Below the pieces are notes generated by a model that had not been told where the DNA came from, did no database searches, and saw only the letters and a program-made list of their open reading frames with translations. Both the position numbers and the translations under genes were made by a program. Below are positions 9,945 through 20,702 of a stretch of DNA of 64,000 bases, one piece after another. The first letter of the stretch is position 1, and each line of letters starts with the position of its first letter. The DNA is from Acholeplasmataceae bacterium (GTDB taxonomy: Bacteria > Bacillota_I > Bacilli_A > Acholeplasmatales > Acholeplasmataceae). The DNA is taken from contig OY763415.1 in assembly GCA_963667565.1 (NCBI GenBank), forward strand, positions 1,024,001-1,088,000. The letters are read 5' to 3'.

Positions 9945-12353
9945 TTATTTCGCGACAATATTAACTAGTTTATTAGGAATGACAATGACTTTTAATATCG
10001 TTAATCCTTCCAAATGTTTAGCAACATTTTCTTCGTTTAATGCAAGTTGTTCTAAGATTTTTTTATCTTCATCTGTTGGAGCTAAAAACTTCCCTCTTAA
10101 TTTACCGTTGACTTGAACGACGATTTGAACTTCATCTAAGATTAAATATGCATCATTAAATGTTGGCCAATCAGAATAGATAAGTTCTTCATTTTGTTTT
10201 AAAACTTCTAAATTAAGTTCTTCAGTTAAATGTGGACAAATTGGATTTAATAATTTCAAAAAACCTCTTGCTTGTTGTTTGGAAATTTTTTGGGTTTTAT
10301 AAACATCATTAACGAAAATCATCATTTGACTGATTGCAGTATTAAATGCAAGTTTTTCATAATCTTCAGTGACTTTTTTAACTGTTTGATGATAAGAAAA
10401 TCTTAAATCTTCTACTTCTTCATCAACAATATCAAAATCAAACATTCTCCACACACGATCTAAGAATTTTTTAGCACCATTTAAACTATCAGTTGACCAA
10501 GGTTTTTCTGATTCTAATGGTCCCATAAACATCTCATATAAACGTAGTGCATCTGCACCATGTGATGCAATCACATCATCAGGATTGACAACATTGCCTT
10601 TAGATTTACTCATTTTTGCATGATCGTCACCTAAAATCATCCCTTGATTAAATAATTTTTTAAATGGCTCTTTATGAGAAACAAGTCCTATATCAAATAA
10701 AAACTTTGTCCAAAATCTTGAATAAAGAAGATGACCAACTGCATGTTCGGTTCCACCAATATATAAATCAACTGGTAACCACTTATCAAGCAACTTTTTA
10801 GCCTCTTCACTATTTAATGGAACCATGCTTAAATGATTTTTTAAGATGTAACCCATGAAATACCATGAACTTCCTGCAAGTTGAGGCATGGTATTAGTAT
10901 CTCTTCTACCTTTAATACCTTTATAAGTCACATTAACCCATTGGTGAGCATTGGCAAGAGGAGATTCTCCAGTACCTGATGGTCTCATGTTTTTTAATAC
11001 TGGTAATTCAAGAGGAAGGTCTTCATCATCTAATATATGAATACCTTGTTCTTCATCAAAGATGACAGGGAATGGTTCACCCCAATATCTTTGTCTTGAG
11101 AAAACCCAATCTCTTAATTTATAAGTTGAATGTCTAAATCCTTGTTTGGTTGTTTCTAGAAACTCAATAATTTTATCCTTTGCTTCTTCGTTATAAAGTC
11201 CATCTACGATACCACTATTGTAATGAATACCATCACCTGTAAATGCACCTTGTGCATCACCTTTAATAACTTCAATGATATCTAAACCTTGAATTTGAGC
11301 AAACTCAAAATCTCTTTCATCATGTGCAGGAACAGCCATAACTGCACCTGTTCCATAATGAGGAAGTACATAATCAGCAATCCAAATAGGGACTTTCTTT
11401 TGGTTAAGTGGATTTATAGCATATGCACCAGTAAATACACCTGTTTTTGTTTTATCCACTTGTCTATCTATTTCAGTTTTTTGTTTTGTAATTTCAATAT
11501 ATGCTTTTACTGACGACACTTCATCTTCTGATGTTATGCTTAACACGAGTGGATGCTCAGGTGCTAATACACAGTAAGTTGCTCCATATATTGTGTCAGG
11601 TCGAGTTGTAAATACATCAAAAGATTCATTCATACCATCGACTTTAAATGTCATCATGGCACCCTTAGATTTACCTATCCAGTTACGTTGCATTTCTTTA
11701 AGGTGTTCTGGCCAATCTAATAAGTCTAAATCATCCAAAAGACGATCAGCATAAGCTGTAATTCTTAACACCCATTGTTTCATGGCTTTTTTAACAACTG
11801 GATATCCACCACGTTCAGAAACCATGAGTCCATCTTTTAATTCAATTTCATCATTAGCAAGCACTGTGCCTAATCCTTCACACCAGTTGACTTCAACATC
11901 CTTAAGAACTGCTAAATCATGCTCATAAAGTTTTTTGAATATCCATTGCGTCCATTTAAAATATTCAGGATCGCTAGTCGCAAATTCTCTTGACCAATCA
12001 ATCCCTTTACCTGCATCAATAATTTGTTGTTTGAAATGTTCAATATTTTGATAAGTAAAAACTTTAGGATCTTTTCCTGTTGAAAGTGCGTATTGTTCTG
12101 CAGGCAAACCAAAAGCATCCCATCCCATTGGATGAAGCACATTATAACCTTGCATACGTTTAAATCTAGAAACGATGTCAGTTGCAGTATAACCTTCAAT
12201 ATGTCCTACATGCAGCCCTTGAGCACTTGGATATGGAAACATATCTAAAACATAATATTTTTCCTTGTGTCCATCTTCAGTAGTCTTAAATAATTTTTGG
12301 TCAGACCAGTGTTTCTGCCATTTCTTTTCTATTTTGTCAAATTGATAATACAT
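9945..12353 (-). CDS. leuS: Leucyl-tRNA synthetase
   Basis: MFPYPS, HVGH (HIGH), FTTRPDT editing domain, SRQRYWG, KMSKS. Confidence 0.98.
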   Translation of the reverse strand: MYYQFDKIEKKWQKHWSDQKLFKTTEDGHKEKYYVLDMFPYPSAQGLHVGHIEGYTATDIVSRFKRMQGYNVLHPMGWDAFGLPAEQYALSTGKDPKVFTYQNIEHFKQQIIDAGKGIDWSREFATSDPEYFKWTQWIFKKLYEHDLAVLKDVEVNWCEGLGTVLANDEIELKDGLMVSERGGYPVVKKAMKQWVLRITAYADRLLDDLDLLDWPEHLKEMQRNWIGKSKGAMMTFKVDGMNESFDVFTTRPDTIYGATYCVLAPEHPLVLSITSEDEVSSVKAYIEITKQKTEIDRQVDKTKTGVFTGAYAINPLNQKKVPIWIADYVLPHYGTGAVMAVPAHDERDFEFAQIQGLDIIEVIKGDAQGAFTGDGIHYNSGIVDGLYNEEAKDKIIEFLETTKQGFRHSTYKLRDWVFSRQRYWGEPFPVIFDEEQGIHILDDEDLPLELPVLKNMRPSGTGESPLANAHQWVNVTYKGIKGRRDTNTMPQLAGSSWYFMGYILKNHLSMVPLNSEEAKKLLDKWLPVDLYIGGTEHAVGHLLYSRFWTKFLFDIGLVSHKEPFKKLFNQGMILGDDHAKMSKSKGNVVNPDDVIASHGADALRLYEMFMGPLESEKPWSTDSLNGAKKFLDRVWRMFDFDIVDEEVEDLRFSYHQTVKKVTEDYEKLAFNTAISQMMIFVNDVYKTQKISKQQARGFLKLLNPICPHLTEELNLEVLKQNEELIYSDWPTFNDAYLILDEVQIVVQVNGKLRGKFLAPTDEDKKILEQLALNEENVAKHLEGLTILKVIVIPNKLVNIVAK

Positions 12354-12430
12354 AATAATACCTCTTTCGCTTAATTTCTATTATATAGAAAAAAAGAACT
12401 TTTTACCAATAAATATGTGTTTTTATAAAG

Positions 12431-12465
12431 AAAAAAAACCAAATTCTTTGTAAGAACTTGGTTTT
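12431..12465 (-). terminator. acpP terminator
   Basis: Minus strand AAAACCAAGTTCTT-ACA-AAGAATTTGG followed by a T run. Confidence 0.7.
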
Positions 12466-12481
12466 ATTTTTAATTCCTTAA

Positions 12482-12712
12482 TTATTTAGCTGTTTTCTCA
12501 ACAAATCTTACAATGTCTCCAACAGTCTTAATGTTTTGAGCTTCTTCATCGCTAACTTGAACTGAAAATTCATCTTCAATATTCATAATCAATTCAACAG
12601 CGTCAATTGAATCAGCGCCAAGATCTTCTGCTAATCTAGCTTCCATTGTAATTTTTTCTTCAGGAAGTCCTAATTCGTTTTTAATCATTTCTTTAACTCT
12701 TGCAAAAACCAT
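12482..12712 (-). CDS. acpP: Acyl carrier protein
   Basis: DLGADSIDAVEL phosphopantetheine site; 76 aa, acidic. Confidence 0.97.
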   Translation of the reverse strand: MVFARVKEMIKNELGLPEEKITMEARLAEDLGADSIDAVELIMNIEDEFSVQVSDEEAQNIKTVGDIVRFVEKTAK

Positions 12713-12793
12713 GACTTTATCCTCCTTTTTTCAAGCAGTGTTATTATAGAATATTTTATGTTTTTTGTCAATGCCTTGAATATCAAAATATTT

Positions 12794-14272
12794 TTATTTA
12801 TCTTTTTTAGATCTAGCGTATAATTCTGTCCACGTTTTAATATTGTTTTTAATTACTTTAGTAATCTGTCCATCTTTAAGTCTCCATACCCAATTGTTTC
12901 CAAGTGTTGATGGAATATTCATTCTTGCTTCATTACCAAGATTTAAATAATCTTGCATTGGGATAATGACTGTATCAGCAACACATTTTAATGTTTCTTT
13001 AATAAGTGCATCTACTTTTTTAGTTTCATCTTCACAATTGATATATGCTAAGCAATTTTTAAGTGCTTTTGGACTCAATTCATCAAACCATGCTGCAGTA
13101 GTGAAATTATCATGTGTACCTGTATAAGCAATGACATTTTGTTTATAGTGATGAGGTAAATAATTATTATCTTCAATGCTATTAAAACCAAATTGTGTAA
13201 GTTTCATACCTGGATATCCTGTCGCATCCAAAACTTTAACGACTTCAGGTGTAACTGCACCTAAATCTTCAGCAATAATATTGACTTCCCCAAGTTCTTT
13301 TTTAATGACTTCGAAAAGTTCATAACCTGGTCCTTTTTTCCAAACACCATTTTTTGCAGTCTTATCAGCAAATGGAATTGAGAAATAGTTGACAAAACCA
13401 ATGAAGTGATCAATTCTAATCATATCAAATTGTGCAACAGATGCACGTACTCTATCAACCCACCATTGATAATTCTTATCTTTAAGATGTCCCCAATGAT
13501 AGAGAGGATTTCCCCATAACTGACCATCTTTAGCATAATTATCAGGAGGTACTCCTGCAACATGATATGGTACATTTTTTTCATCTAAATCAAACATTTT
13601 AGGATTTGCCCATACATCGCTACTATCATACGATACATAAATTGGCATATCCCCAATAATTTTGATTCCTTTTTGGTTTGCATATTTTTTTAAAGCATGC
13701 CATTGTTCATCAGCTTTAAATTGTAAAAATTGATGAAACGCAATTTCATCTTTTAATTCCATTTGTAATTTTTCAATAGTATTTGGCTTTCTTAAGCGAA
13801 CGTCTTCATCCCAATATAACCAAGATTTGCCATCATAGGTTGCTTTAACTGCCATAAATAGTGCATAATCATTTAACCAAAAATCTTGTGCTTTTAAGAA
13901 TTTTTGATAATCACTATCTGATTGGTCAAAACGATTAAACGCTTGTTTTAATGCGTCGTATCTCTTGATATAGAGTTGTTCATAATCAACATACATAGGA
14001 TCATTAACAACATCCGTAATTTCATTTTTCTTTAATAGTTTTTCTTTAATCAAAATATCTAAATCTATGAAATAAGGATTATTAGCAAATGCAGAAAAAG
14101 TCTGATATGGTGAATCACCATATGATGTTGGACCTAAAGGTAAAATTTGCCAGTATGTTTGGTTTGTTTCATCTAATAAATCAACAAAATCATATGCTGA
14201 TTTACCGTAAGTACCTATACCATAAGGACTTGGTAGACTTGAAATGTGTAATAATATGCCACTTGTTCTCAT
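12794..14272 (-). CDS. malQ: 4-alpha-glucanotransferase (amylomaltase, GH77)
   Basis: SGILLHISSLP, WQILPLGPT, GQLWGNPLY, RIDHF, IAEDLG, YTGTHDN. Confidence 0.96.
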   Translation of the reverse strand: MRTSGILLHISSLPSPYGIGTYGKSAYDFVDLLDETNQTYWQILPLGPTSYGDSPYQTFSAFANNPYFIDLDILIKEKLLKKNEITDVVNDPMYVDYEQLYIKRYDALKQAFNRFDQSDSDYQKFLKAQDFWLNDYALFMAVKATYDGKSWLYWDEDVRLRKPNTIEKLQMELKDEIAFHQFLQFKADEQWHALKKYANQKGIKIIGDMPIYVSYDSSDVWANPKMFDLDEKNVPYHVAGVPPDNYAKDGQLWGNPLYHWGHLKDKNYQWWVDRVRASVAQFDMIRIDHFIGFVNYFSIPFADKTAKNGVWKKGPGYELFEVIKKELGEVNIIAEDLGAVTPEVVKVLDATGYPGMKLTQFGFNSIEDNNYLPHHYKQNVIAYTGTHDNFTTAAWFDELSPKALKNCLAYINCEDETKKVDALIKETLKCVADTVIIPMQDYLNLGNEARMNIPSTLGNNWVWRLKDGQITKVIKNNIKTWTELYARSKKDK

Positions 14273-15963
14273 TTGTTTTCCTCAATTTCTAAAACAACTG
14301 AACCATAAGGATTCATGTGTATTTTATGATTCATAATTTTGTGTATTTCATTGGATAATACGACTGATTTAATTTCTACATTTGATAAATCATAAATGGC
14401 TTCTTCTTCAAGAAAACTACAAATGACTAATAATGTTTGATTTTCATTAAATCGTTTATATACCACTAGATTTGGGTCATCAAGCTCTAAAAATTTTATA
14501 TCGCCATAAGTAATGACTTCATGGTACTTAGAAGTCTTTCTCAATTGGAATAATAATTTGTAATGATTGATGATTGATTCTTTATCATTTAATTCATCCT
14601 GAACATTAATTGTAACATAATTAGGATGAATTGGCATCCATGGTTTTACATCAGAAAACCCTGCATTTTCACTGTGATCCCATTGAATTGGTGTACGACC
14701 ATTATCTCTTGAACGCATAGCAACTTTTTTGATAGCTAATTCCGGCGCTACTTTTTGTTCTTCTGTCAAATACTGATAATAATTTTTAGATGAAATATCA
14801 TTAAATTCATCCACACTTTGGAATGGATAATTCATCATCCCAATTTCTTCTCCTTGATAAACAAAAGGTGTACCTCTCATCATATACATAAGTGTTGCAA
14901 GCATTTTTCCAGATTGGTTAAAGAATTTTGTTCTACCATATTGACTCATTAATCTGGGCTGATCATGATTTAACCAATTAAGTGGTAACCATCCTTTTCC
15001 TTTAAACCCTTCCTGCCATTTAATAAAGACTTTTTTTAAATCTATGACATGCGTCACTAAATCATCATAGGATTCTATATCCGATAAATTATTACACCAA
15101 TCGTGGTCAAAATTGAAAACCATAGACATTTGTTTAGAATCAAATCCAGCATATGATACTGCTGATTCTATAGATGCTTGACCTCCAACTTCACCAATTG
15201 TTAAACAATCGTTTGGTGTAAATAACTTTTCATTCATTTCTTTTAAATAATCATGTACTTTCGGTAGATTAGAAAATTTAAAATAATCTAATGGGTAACG
15301 TTCTTTTGAACCTTCAACATCTTTAAATGGTGCACGATCCAAATGGGATACAGCATCAATTCTAAATCCATCTATCCCTAAATCTAACCACCATTGTCCA
15401 ACTTTAATCATTTCTTCTCTAACCATAGGGTTTTTCCAATTTAAGTCAGGCATTTTATTTGAAAATATCTTCATATAATAACTATTGGTTAAAGCATCAT
15501 AATTCCAGCAACTTCCACCAAAAAATGAACCCCAATTTGTAGGTTCTAATAATTTGCCATCTTTTTCTTTTCCATCTTGCCAAATATAATAATCTCTATA
15601 AGGGTTATCTTTTGACTTTCTTGATTCTAAAAACCATGGATGTTCATCAGATGTATGATTTAAGACATAATCCATAACGATTTTTATATTAAGTTTTTTT
15701 GCTTGATGAATTAATCGTTTCATGTCATCTAAATCACCAAAGATTGGATCAATATTGTAAAAGTCTCTCACATCATATCCATTATCATCCATTGGTGAAT
15801 CATAGACAGGACAGATCCAAATCAAATCGACACCCAAATCATGCAAATATGGTAGTTTTTCAATGATGCCATTAAGGTCACCAATCCCATCATGATTTGT
15901 ATCTTTAAAGCTTTTAGGATAGATTTGATAACCGATGCTTTCCATCCACCATTTTTTAATCAT
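14269..15963 (-). CDS. malL: Oligo-1,6-glucosidase / alpha-glucosidase (GH13)
   Basis: YQIYPKSF, NHTSDEHPWF, GFRIDAV, NHDQPR, YQGEEIGM, SRDNGRTP. Confidence 0.85.
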   Translation of the reverse strand: MIKKWWMESIGYQIYPKSFKDTNHDGIGDLNGIIEKLPYLHDLGVDLIWICPVYDSPMDDNGYDVRDFYNIDPIFGDLDDMKRLIHQAKKLNIKIVMDYVLNHTSDEHPWFLESRKSKDNPYRDYYIWQDGKEKDGKLLEPTNWGSFFGGSCWNYDALTNSYYMKIFSNKMPDLNWKNPMVREEMIKVGQWWLDLGIDGFRIDAVSHLDRAPFKDVEGSKERYPLDYFKFSNLPKVHDYLKEMNEKLFTPNDCLTIGEVGGQASIESAVSYAGFDSKQMSMVFNFDHDWCNNLSDIESYDDLVTHVIDLKKVFIKWQEGFKGKGWLPLNWLNHDQPRLMSQYGRTKFFNQSGKMLATLMYMMRGTPFVYQGEEIGMMNYPFQSVDEFNDISSKNYYQYLTEEQKVAPELAIKKVAMRSRDNGRTPIQWDHSENAGFSDVKPWMPIHPNYVTINVQDELNDKESIINHYKLLFQLRKTSKYHEVITYGDIKFLELDDPNLVVYKRFNENQTLLVICSFLEEEAIYDLSNVEIKSVVLSNEIHKIMNHKIHMNPYGSVVLEIEENK

Positions 15964-16020
15964 AAAGTCTCCTTATATCCCCATATATATTGTAACATAT
16001 ATATAATATATGAAAAATAA

Positions 16021-16034
16021 TGTTAGCGGTTTCA
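16021..16034. promoter_or_regulatory. LacI-family/cre-like operator TGTTAGCGGTTTCA
   Basis: 14-bp TG-N4-CG-N4-CA palindrome in the divergent malL/neopullulanase promoter region. Confidence 0.65.
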
Positions 16035-16079
16035 TATTTTATAAAATTTTGATTATGATATAATGTCTTTGGTGATAAT

Positions 16080-17840
16080 ATGAATAAATTCGCGCTTTTG
16101 CATAGACCAAAATCTGAATATGCCTATGCTGTTGATTCTAAGAAATTACATATATTGATTAGAACAGCAAAAAATGATTTAAAAAATATAGATATTATTT
16201 ATGGTGATCCTTTTTCTTGGGATTTTAAAAATCCAAAGAAATTATCTTGGAACCACCATATCGAACATATGGAAATAAGATATCAAACGTCTATGTTTGA
16301 TTACTATTTTATTGAAATAGAAACGACTCAAAAACGTGTTAAATACGCGTTTATTTTACATGATGGTCAAGACATTTATTTATATGGTACAAGACATCTT
16401 ACACCTATTCATGATGAAAGTGAACTTTATAGACAATATGATTTGTCAGATTATTTTAATTTCCCATTCATTCATGAATCTGATGATTTTAATACACCAA
16501 AATGGGTAGAAGGTACAGTTTGGTACCAAATATTTCCTGATCGTTTTTATGGTCATGAAAGTAGTTCTAAACTCACTTGGGGTAAGTTACCTGTTAAAAA
16601 CGATGAACTTTATGGTGGCAATATTAAAGGTGTGATTGAAAAATTACCATATCTTCATGATTTAGGTGTAACAGGCATTTATTTTACACCACTATTTGAA
16701 GCCCCTTCCGCTCACAAATATGATACAACTGATTATTATAAAATCGATCCGCAATTTGGAACACTTGAGGATATGAAGTCACTTGTTCTTCATGCACACA
16801 AATTAAATATTAAAGTGATGCTGGATGGTGTTTTTAATCATGCCGGTTATGAACATAAGTTTTTCCAAGATGTGTTAAAAAACAATGAAAACAGTATATA
16901 TAAAAATAGTTTTTACATCGACAAGTTCCCAGTTGGTGATACCAGAGATGGTTTAAATTATAAAGCTTTCGCTTTTGCAAAAAATATGCCTAAATGGCGA
17001 ACTGAAGATCCACATGCTGAAGCATATCTTTTAGGATGTGTTAAGTATTGGATAGAAACTTGTGATATTGATGGATGGAGACTAGATGTTTCTAATGAAG
17101 TCAGCCATCAGTTTTTAAGAAAAGTTAAAGAGGCTGCACGTTCTGTCAAAAAAGATGTTTATATCTTAGGTGAAAACTTAGATGATTCAACACCATGGTT
17201 ACAAGGTGATCAAATGGATGGTGTGATGAATTATGACTTAGCATATCCTACTTGGGCTTATTTTCAACATCGCATTTCTAATGAGGAATTTAGAGACACT
17301 GTTATTAAATATTTAGCTAAAACACAAAAAAATGTGATTAATCATCATTTCAATTTAGTCGGATGTCATGATACGATTCGTATTAAGACAAGACTTGACG
17401 AAGATATCAGACGTGTTAAGTTAATTAATCTCTTTATGTTTACTTCTGCTGGTACACCAAATATCTATTATGGTGATGAAGTTGGTATGAGTGGACAAAA
17501 TGATCCTGATAATAGAAGATGTATGCTTTGGAATGAAAAAGAACAAGATTTAGATTTTAAATCATTTATGAAAACTTTAATTAAGTTAAGAGCAACTTAT
17601 GATGCATTTTTATCTCCTGATTATGGATTTATAGATAGTGAAGCACTTATTTATACTAAAGCATCTAACGAACATAAGATCTTAGTCATGATGAATAATC
17701 AGGATAAAACAAAAACATTTGATCTTTCTAAATCATTATTTGGTACATATATAAATTTATTTACACAAGAAAAAGTTCTAATTCATGATAAAATAACTTT
17801 AGAAGCTTATGGATATAAGTTACTTCTAAAGGAAGTGTAA
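16080..17840 (+). CDS. Neopullulanase / cyclomaltodextrinase / maltogenic amylase (GH13_20-like)
   Basis: N-terminal CBM34-like domain; WYQIFPDRF, HKYDTTDY, DGVFNH, GWRLDVSNE, HD motifs. Confidence 0.9.
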   Translation: MNKFALLHRPKSEYAYAVDSKKLHILIRTAKNDLKNIDIIYGDPFSWDFKNPKKLSWNHHIEHMEIRYQTSMFDYYFIEIETTQKRVKYAFILHDGQDIYLYGTRHLTPIHDESELYRQYDLSDYFNFPFIHESDDFNTPKWVEGTVWYQIFPDRFYGHESSSKLTWGKLPVKNDELYGGNIKGVIEKLPYLHDLGVTGIYFTPLFEAPSAHKYDTTDYYKIDPQFGTLEDMKSLVLHAHKLNIKVMLDGVFNHAGYEHKFFQDVLKNNENSIYKNSFYIDKFPVGDTRDGLNYKAFAFAKNMPKWRTEDPHAEAYLLGCVKYWIETCDIDGWRLDVSNEVSHQFLRKVKEAARSVKKDVYILGENLDDSTPWLQGDQMDGVMNYDLAYPTWAYFQHRISNEEFRDTVIKYLAKTQKNVINHHFNLVGCHDTIRIKTRLDEDIRRVKLINLFMFTSAGTPNIYYGDEVGMSGQNDPDNRRCMLWNEKEQDLDFKSFMKTLIKLRATYDAFLSPDYGFIDSEALIYTKASNEHKILVMMNNQDKTKTFDLSKSLFGTYINLFTQEKVLIHDKITLEAYGYKLLLKEV

Positions 17841-18815
17841 ATGATGAAACCTACAATTAGAGATGTTGCTAAAAAAGCAAACGTATCTGTGTCGACAGTA
17901 TCAAGAGTGATTAACCAAAAAGGTTATGTTCATGAAGATACAAAAATATTAGTCAATAAAATTATTGAAGACCTTGGATTTATTCCAAATCAATTAGCAA
18001 GAAGTTTAACCAATCGTAGTTCTAAAATCGTTGGGGTCATTGTACCTCATATCGGTCCAAGTTTTTATGGTGAACTTTTAGAAGGCATTGAGTCACAAGC
18101 TGCTGCTTATGGATATAAAATTATGTTTTGTCATACTCAAGATGATCCAGAGCGTGAACTTGAATATTTGAAATTCTTTGAACAATATAATATCGAAGGA
18201 TTAATCATCGCTTCTAACTTTTCAAACACAGATAAGTTAGCAGATTTGAAAATACCAGTCATTACAGTCGATCATATTCTTGATGAAAACATTCCTTCTA
18301 TTACTTCTAATAATGTCAAAGGTGGCGAACTTGCTGCTGAAAAACTTATTCAAGCAGGTGCAAAAAAGATACTTGTGTTTAGAGGACCCTCTTTCCTAAT
18401 TACAACCATGGAAAGAACTATTGGATTTTTAAATGTATTAAAGCCTAACGATTTATTTGCAGATATCTATGACTTTGACCTAGTTAATCCAGATACTAAA
18501 CTACTTGAAGAAATCTTAAGAAACAATCCTCAAGCTGATGGCATATTTGCATTTTCTGATACTCTAGCCATTACGACACTACATATTTTGCAAAAATTAG
18601 GAAGACGTGTTCCTGAAGATGTTCAAATTATCGGTTATGACAATACACCATTTAGTAAATGGGCAACACCTTCAATTACAACAATTCACCAATCGATTAA
18701 ATTTATGGGACAACAATCATTTGTTAATCTCAATCGTTTAATTCGAGGTGTTGATGTTGAAAGTTTACATGATATTATTGATGTTAAACTTGTAGAAAGA
18801 CAATCAACTAAATAA
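17841..18815 (+). CDS. LacI-family transcriptional regulator (probable maltodextrin regulon repressor)
   Basis: TIRDVAKKANVSVSTVSRVIN HTH; PNQLARSL hinge; VPEDVQIIGYD. Confidence 0.93.
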   Translation: MMKPTIRDVAKKANVSVSTVSRVINQKGYVHEDTKILVNKIIEDLGFIPNQLARSLTNRSSKIVGVIVPHIGPSFYGELLEGIESQAAAYGYKIMFCHTQDDPERELEYLKFFEQYNIEGLIIASNFSNTDKLADLKIPVITVDHILDENIPSITSNNVKGGELAAEKLIQAGAKKILVFRGPSFLITTMERTIGFLNVLKPNDLFADIYDFDLVNPDTKLLEEILRNNPQADGIFAFSDTLAITTLHILQKLGRRVPEDVQIIGYDNTPFSKWATPSITTIHQSIKFMGQQSFVNLNRLIRGVDVESLHDIIDVKLVERQSTK

Positions 18816-18816
18816 C

Positions 18817-18848
18817 AAAATAGGAGCAAATATTTGCTCCTATTTTTT
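18817..18848. terminator. Bidirectional terminator
   Basis: AAAATAGGAGCAAA-TA-TTTGCTCCTATTTT. Confidence 0.8.
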
Positions 18849-20687
18849 ATGCAGAAATATCATCCCAGAGAGAGGCCCAAGTTTGGGCTTGATGATATAT
18901 TTAAATCCATCTTTATCCATTCTTTGTGTATGCAATTGTCTACCATTATACTGGTCACTTCCAAAATAAATACCTTTATCGCTATTTAAGATTTCTTCAT
19001 ATCTTCCAGCTCTTGGAACACCAATCTCATATGTTTGATGTACATTAGGTGTCATATTTAAAACAATGATTAAAGTTTCATGATCACTATATCTTATATA
19101 TGCAAACACACTTTGTGCTTCATCATTGACAACACTCCATCTAAATCCTTTAGGATCATGATCATATTGGAATAATGCAGGATGGTGTCTATAGACTTGT
19201 GCTAAATCTTTAAAGTATCTATTTTGTTTTTGATGCGCTTCAATACCAAGTAAATGCCAATCAATTTCTTCTTTAAAAGCCCATTCGCTAAACTGTGCGA
19301 ATTCTTGACCCATAAAGAGTAATTTCTTACCAGGATGAGTCATCCAAAGTGTAAGTAATAATCGCCAATTTGCAAGTTTTTGAAAATAATCTCCAGGCAT
19401 TTTATTGACTAAACTACCTTTCATATGAACAACTTCATCATGTGAGAAAGGCAATACGTATTGTTCGGAAAATGCGTATACTAAGCCAAATGTGATTTTA
19501 TGGTGATGATATTTTCTATGAATAGGATCTTCTTTAAAATACTTTAAGACATCATTCATAAAACCCATATTCCATTTATAATTAAATCCTATGCCACCAT
19601 CATAAGTTGGATGAGTGACTTTAGGATAAGCTGTTGAATCTTCAGCCATAAATAAGAATCGATCATCTTTACCGAATAAATGATGAGATAATTGTTGAAT
19701 GAATTTAATCGCGTCTTGATTGACACCTTCATTTGAATTACCTAAATAATAGATCAGGTTTGCGACTGCATCAATTCTATACCCATCAACATGGAAATAA
19801 TCCATCCAATAAGTTAATGCTGAAAGCATAAAACTTCTTGTAATCCCTTTTGAAAAGTCTAAATTGTTTGTACCCCATACTTCATTTTCTCTTCTATGTT
19901 TATCATCAAATTCATAAAGTGGAGATCCATCAAAATATGATAGTCCGTGAGCATCTTTACAAATATGACCTAAAACCCAATCAACAATAATTCCTATACC
20001 TGCTTGATGCAAACGATCAATTAAGTACATCAAATCTTTAGGTGAACCATATCTTGAATTTGTTGCATAAAATCCAGTCCCTTGATACCCCCAAGAATCA
20101 TCTAGCGGATATTCATAAATAGGTAGAAATTCAACATGTGTAAATCCTTGTTCATGAATATATGAAATGAGTTCATCAACGATTTGATTATATTGTTTAA
20201 ATTGTCCATAGGATTTTTTCCAAGAACCAAAATGCATTTCATAAATGAGTACGGGTTCCTGATATGGTTTTTTCTTAAAATAAAACCAGTCTTGATCATG
20301 CCACTGATAGTGGTCAACATCACAAACTTTTGAAGCTGTTCCTGGTCTTACTTCAGCATAAAATGCGAATGGATCAGATTTATATAAAATATCACCTTGA
20401 TGTGTATGAATCTCATACTTATAAAGTTGATATTCATGATTTCCAGGTATCGTAATTTCAAAAAAACCATGATGTGATATTTTTGTTAATACATGTTTCC
20501 ATCCTTCATACTGATTAAATTCCGAAACCAGTCTAACTTCTTTTGCATTTGGTGCATAAACCCTAAAGGTTGTACTTTCAATTTGATGATGTTCATTAAA
20601 ATTGATATGTGCTCCCAAATACTCAAATAAATCTGAAGATTCTCCATTAAAAAATCTTTGAATCATATGGTCATCGATTTTTTTCAT
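18840..20687 (-). CDS. glgB: 1,4-alpha-glucan branching enzyme
   Basis: SWGYQ, GYRIDAVA, MAEDST, KWNMG, LPFSHDEVVH, HPGKKLLFMG. Start set at ATG 20687 (AGGAG RBS). Confidence 0.95.
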   Translation of the reverse strand: MKKIDDHMIQRFFNGESSDLFEYLGAHINFNEHHQIESTTFRVYAPNAKEVRLVSEFNQYEGWKHVLTKISHHGFFEITIPGNHEYQLYKYEIHTHQGDILYKSDPFAFYAEVRPGTASKVCDVDHYQWHDQDWFYFKKKPYQEPVLIYEMHFGSWKKSYGQFKQYNQIVDELISYIHEQGFTHVEFLPIYEYPLDDSWGYQGTGFYATNSRYGSPKDLMYLIDRLHQAGIGIIVDWVLGHICKDAHGLSYFDGSPLYEFDDKHRRENEVWGTNNLDFSKGITRSFMLSALTYWMDYFHVDGYRIDAVANLIYYLGNSNEGVNQDAIKFIQQLSHHLFGKDDRFLFMAEDSTAYPKVTHPTYDGGIGFNYKWNMGFMNDVLKYFKEDPIHRKYHHHKITFGLVYAFSEQYVLPFSHDEVVHMKGSLVNKMPGDYFQKLANWRLLLTLWMTHPGKKLLFMGQEFAQFSEWAFKEEIDWHLLGIEAHQKQNRYFKDLAQVYRHHPALFQYDHDPKGFRWSVVNDEAQSVFAYIRYSDHETLIIVLNMTPNVHQTYEIGVPRAGRYEEILNSDKGIYFGSDQYNGRQLHTQRMDKDGFKYIIKPKLGPLSGMIFLHKK

Positions 20688-20702
20688 GATTACCACTCCT
20701 TA

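Noticed and set aside
12354..12481. Expected T-box leader upstream of leuS
   Set aside because: The gap is only about 130 nt, partly taken by the acpP terminator, and no T-box consensus is visible.
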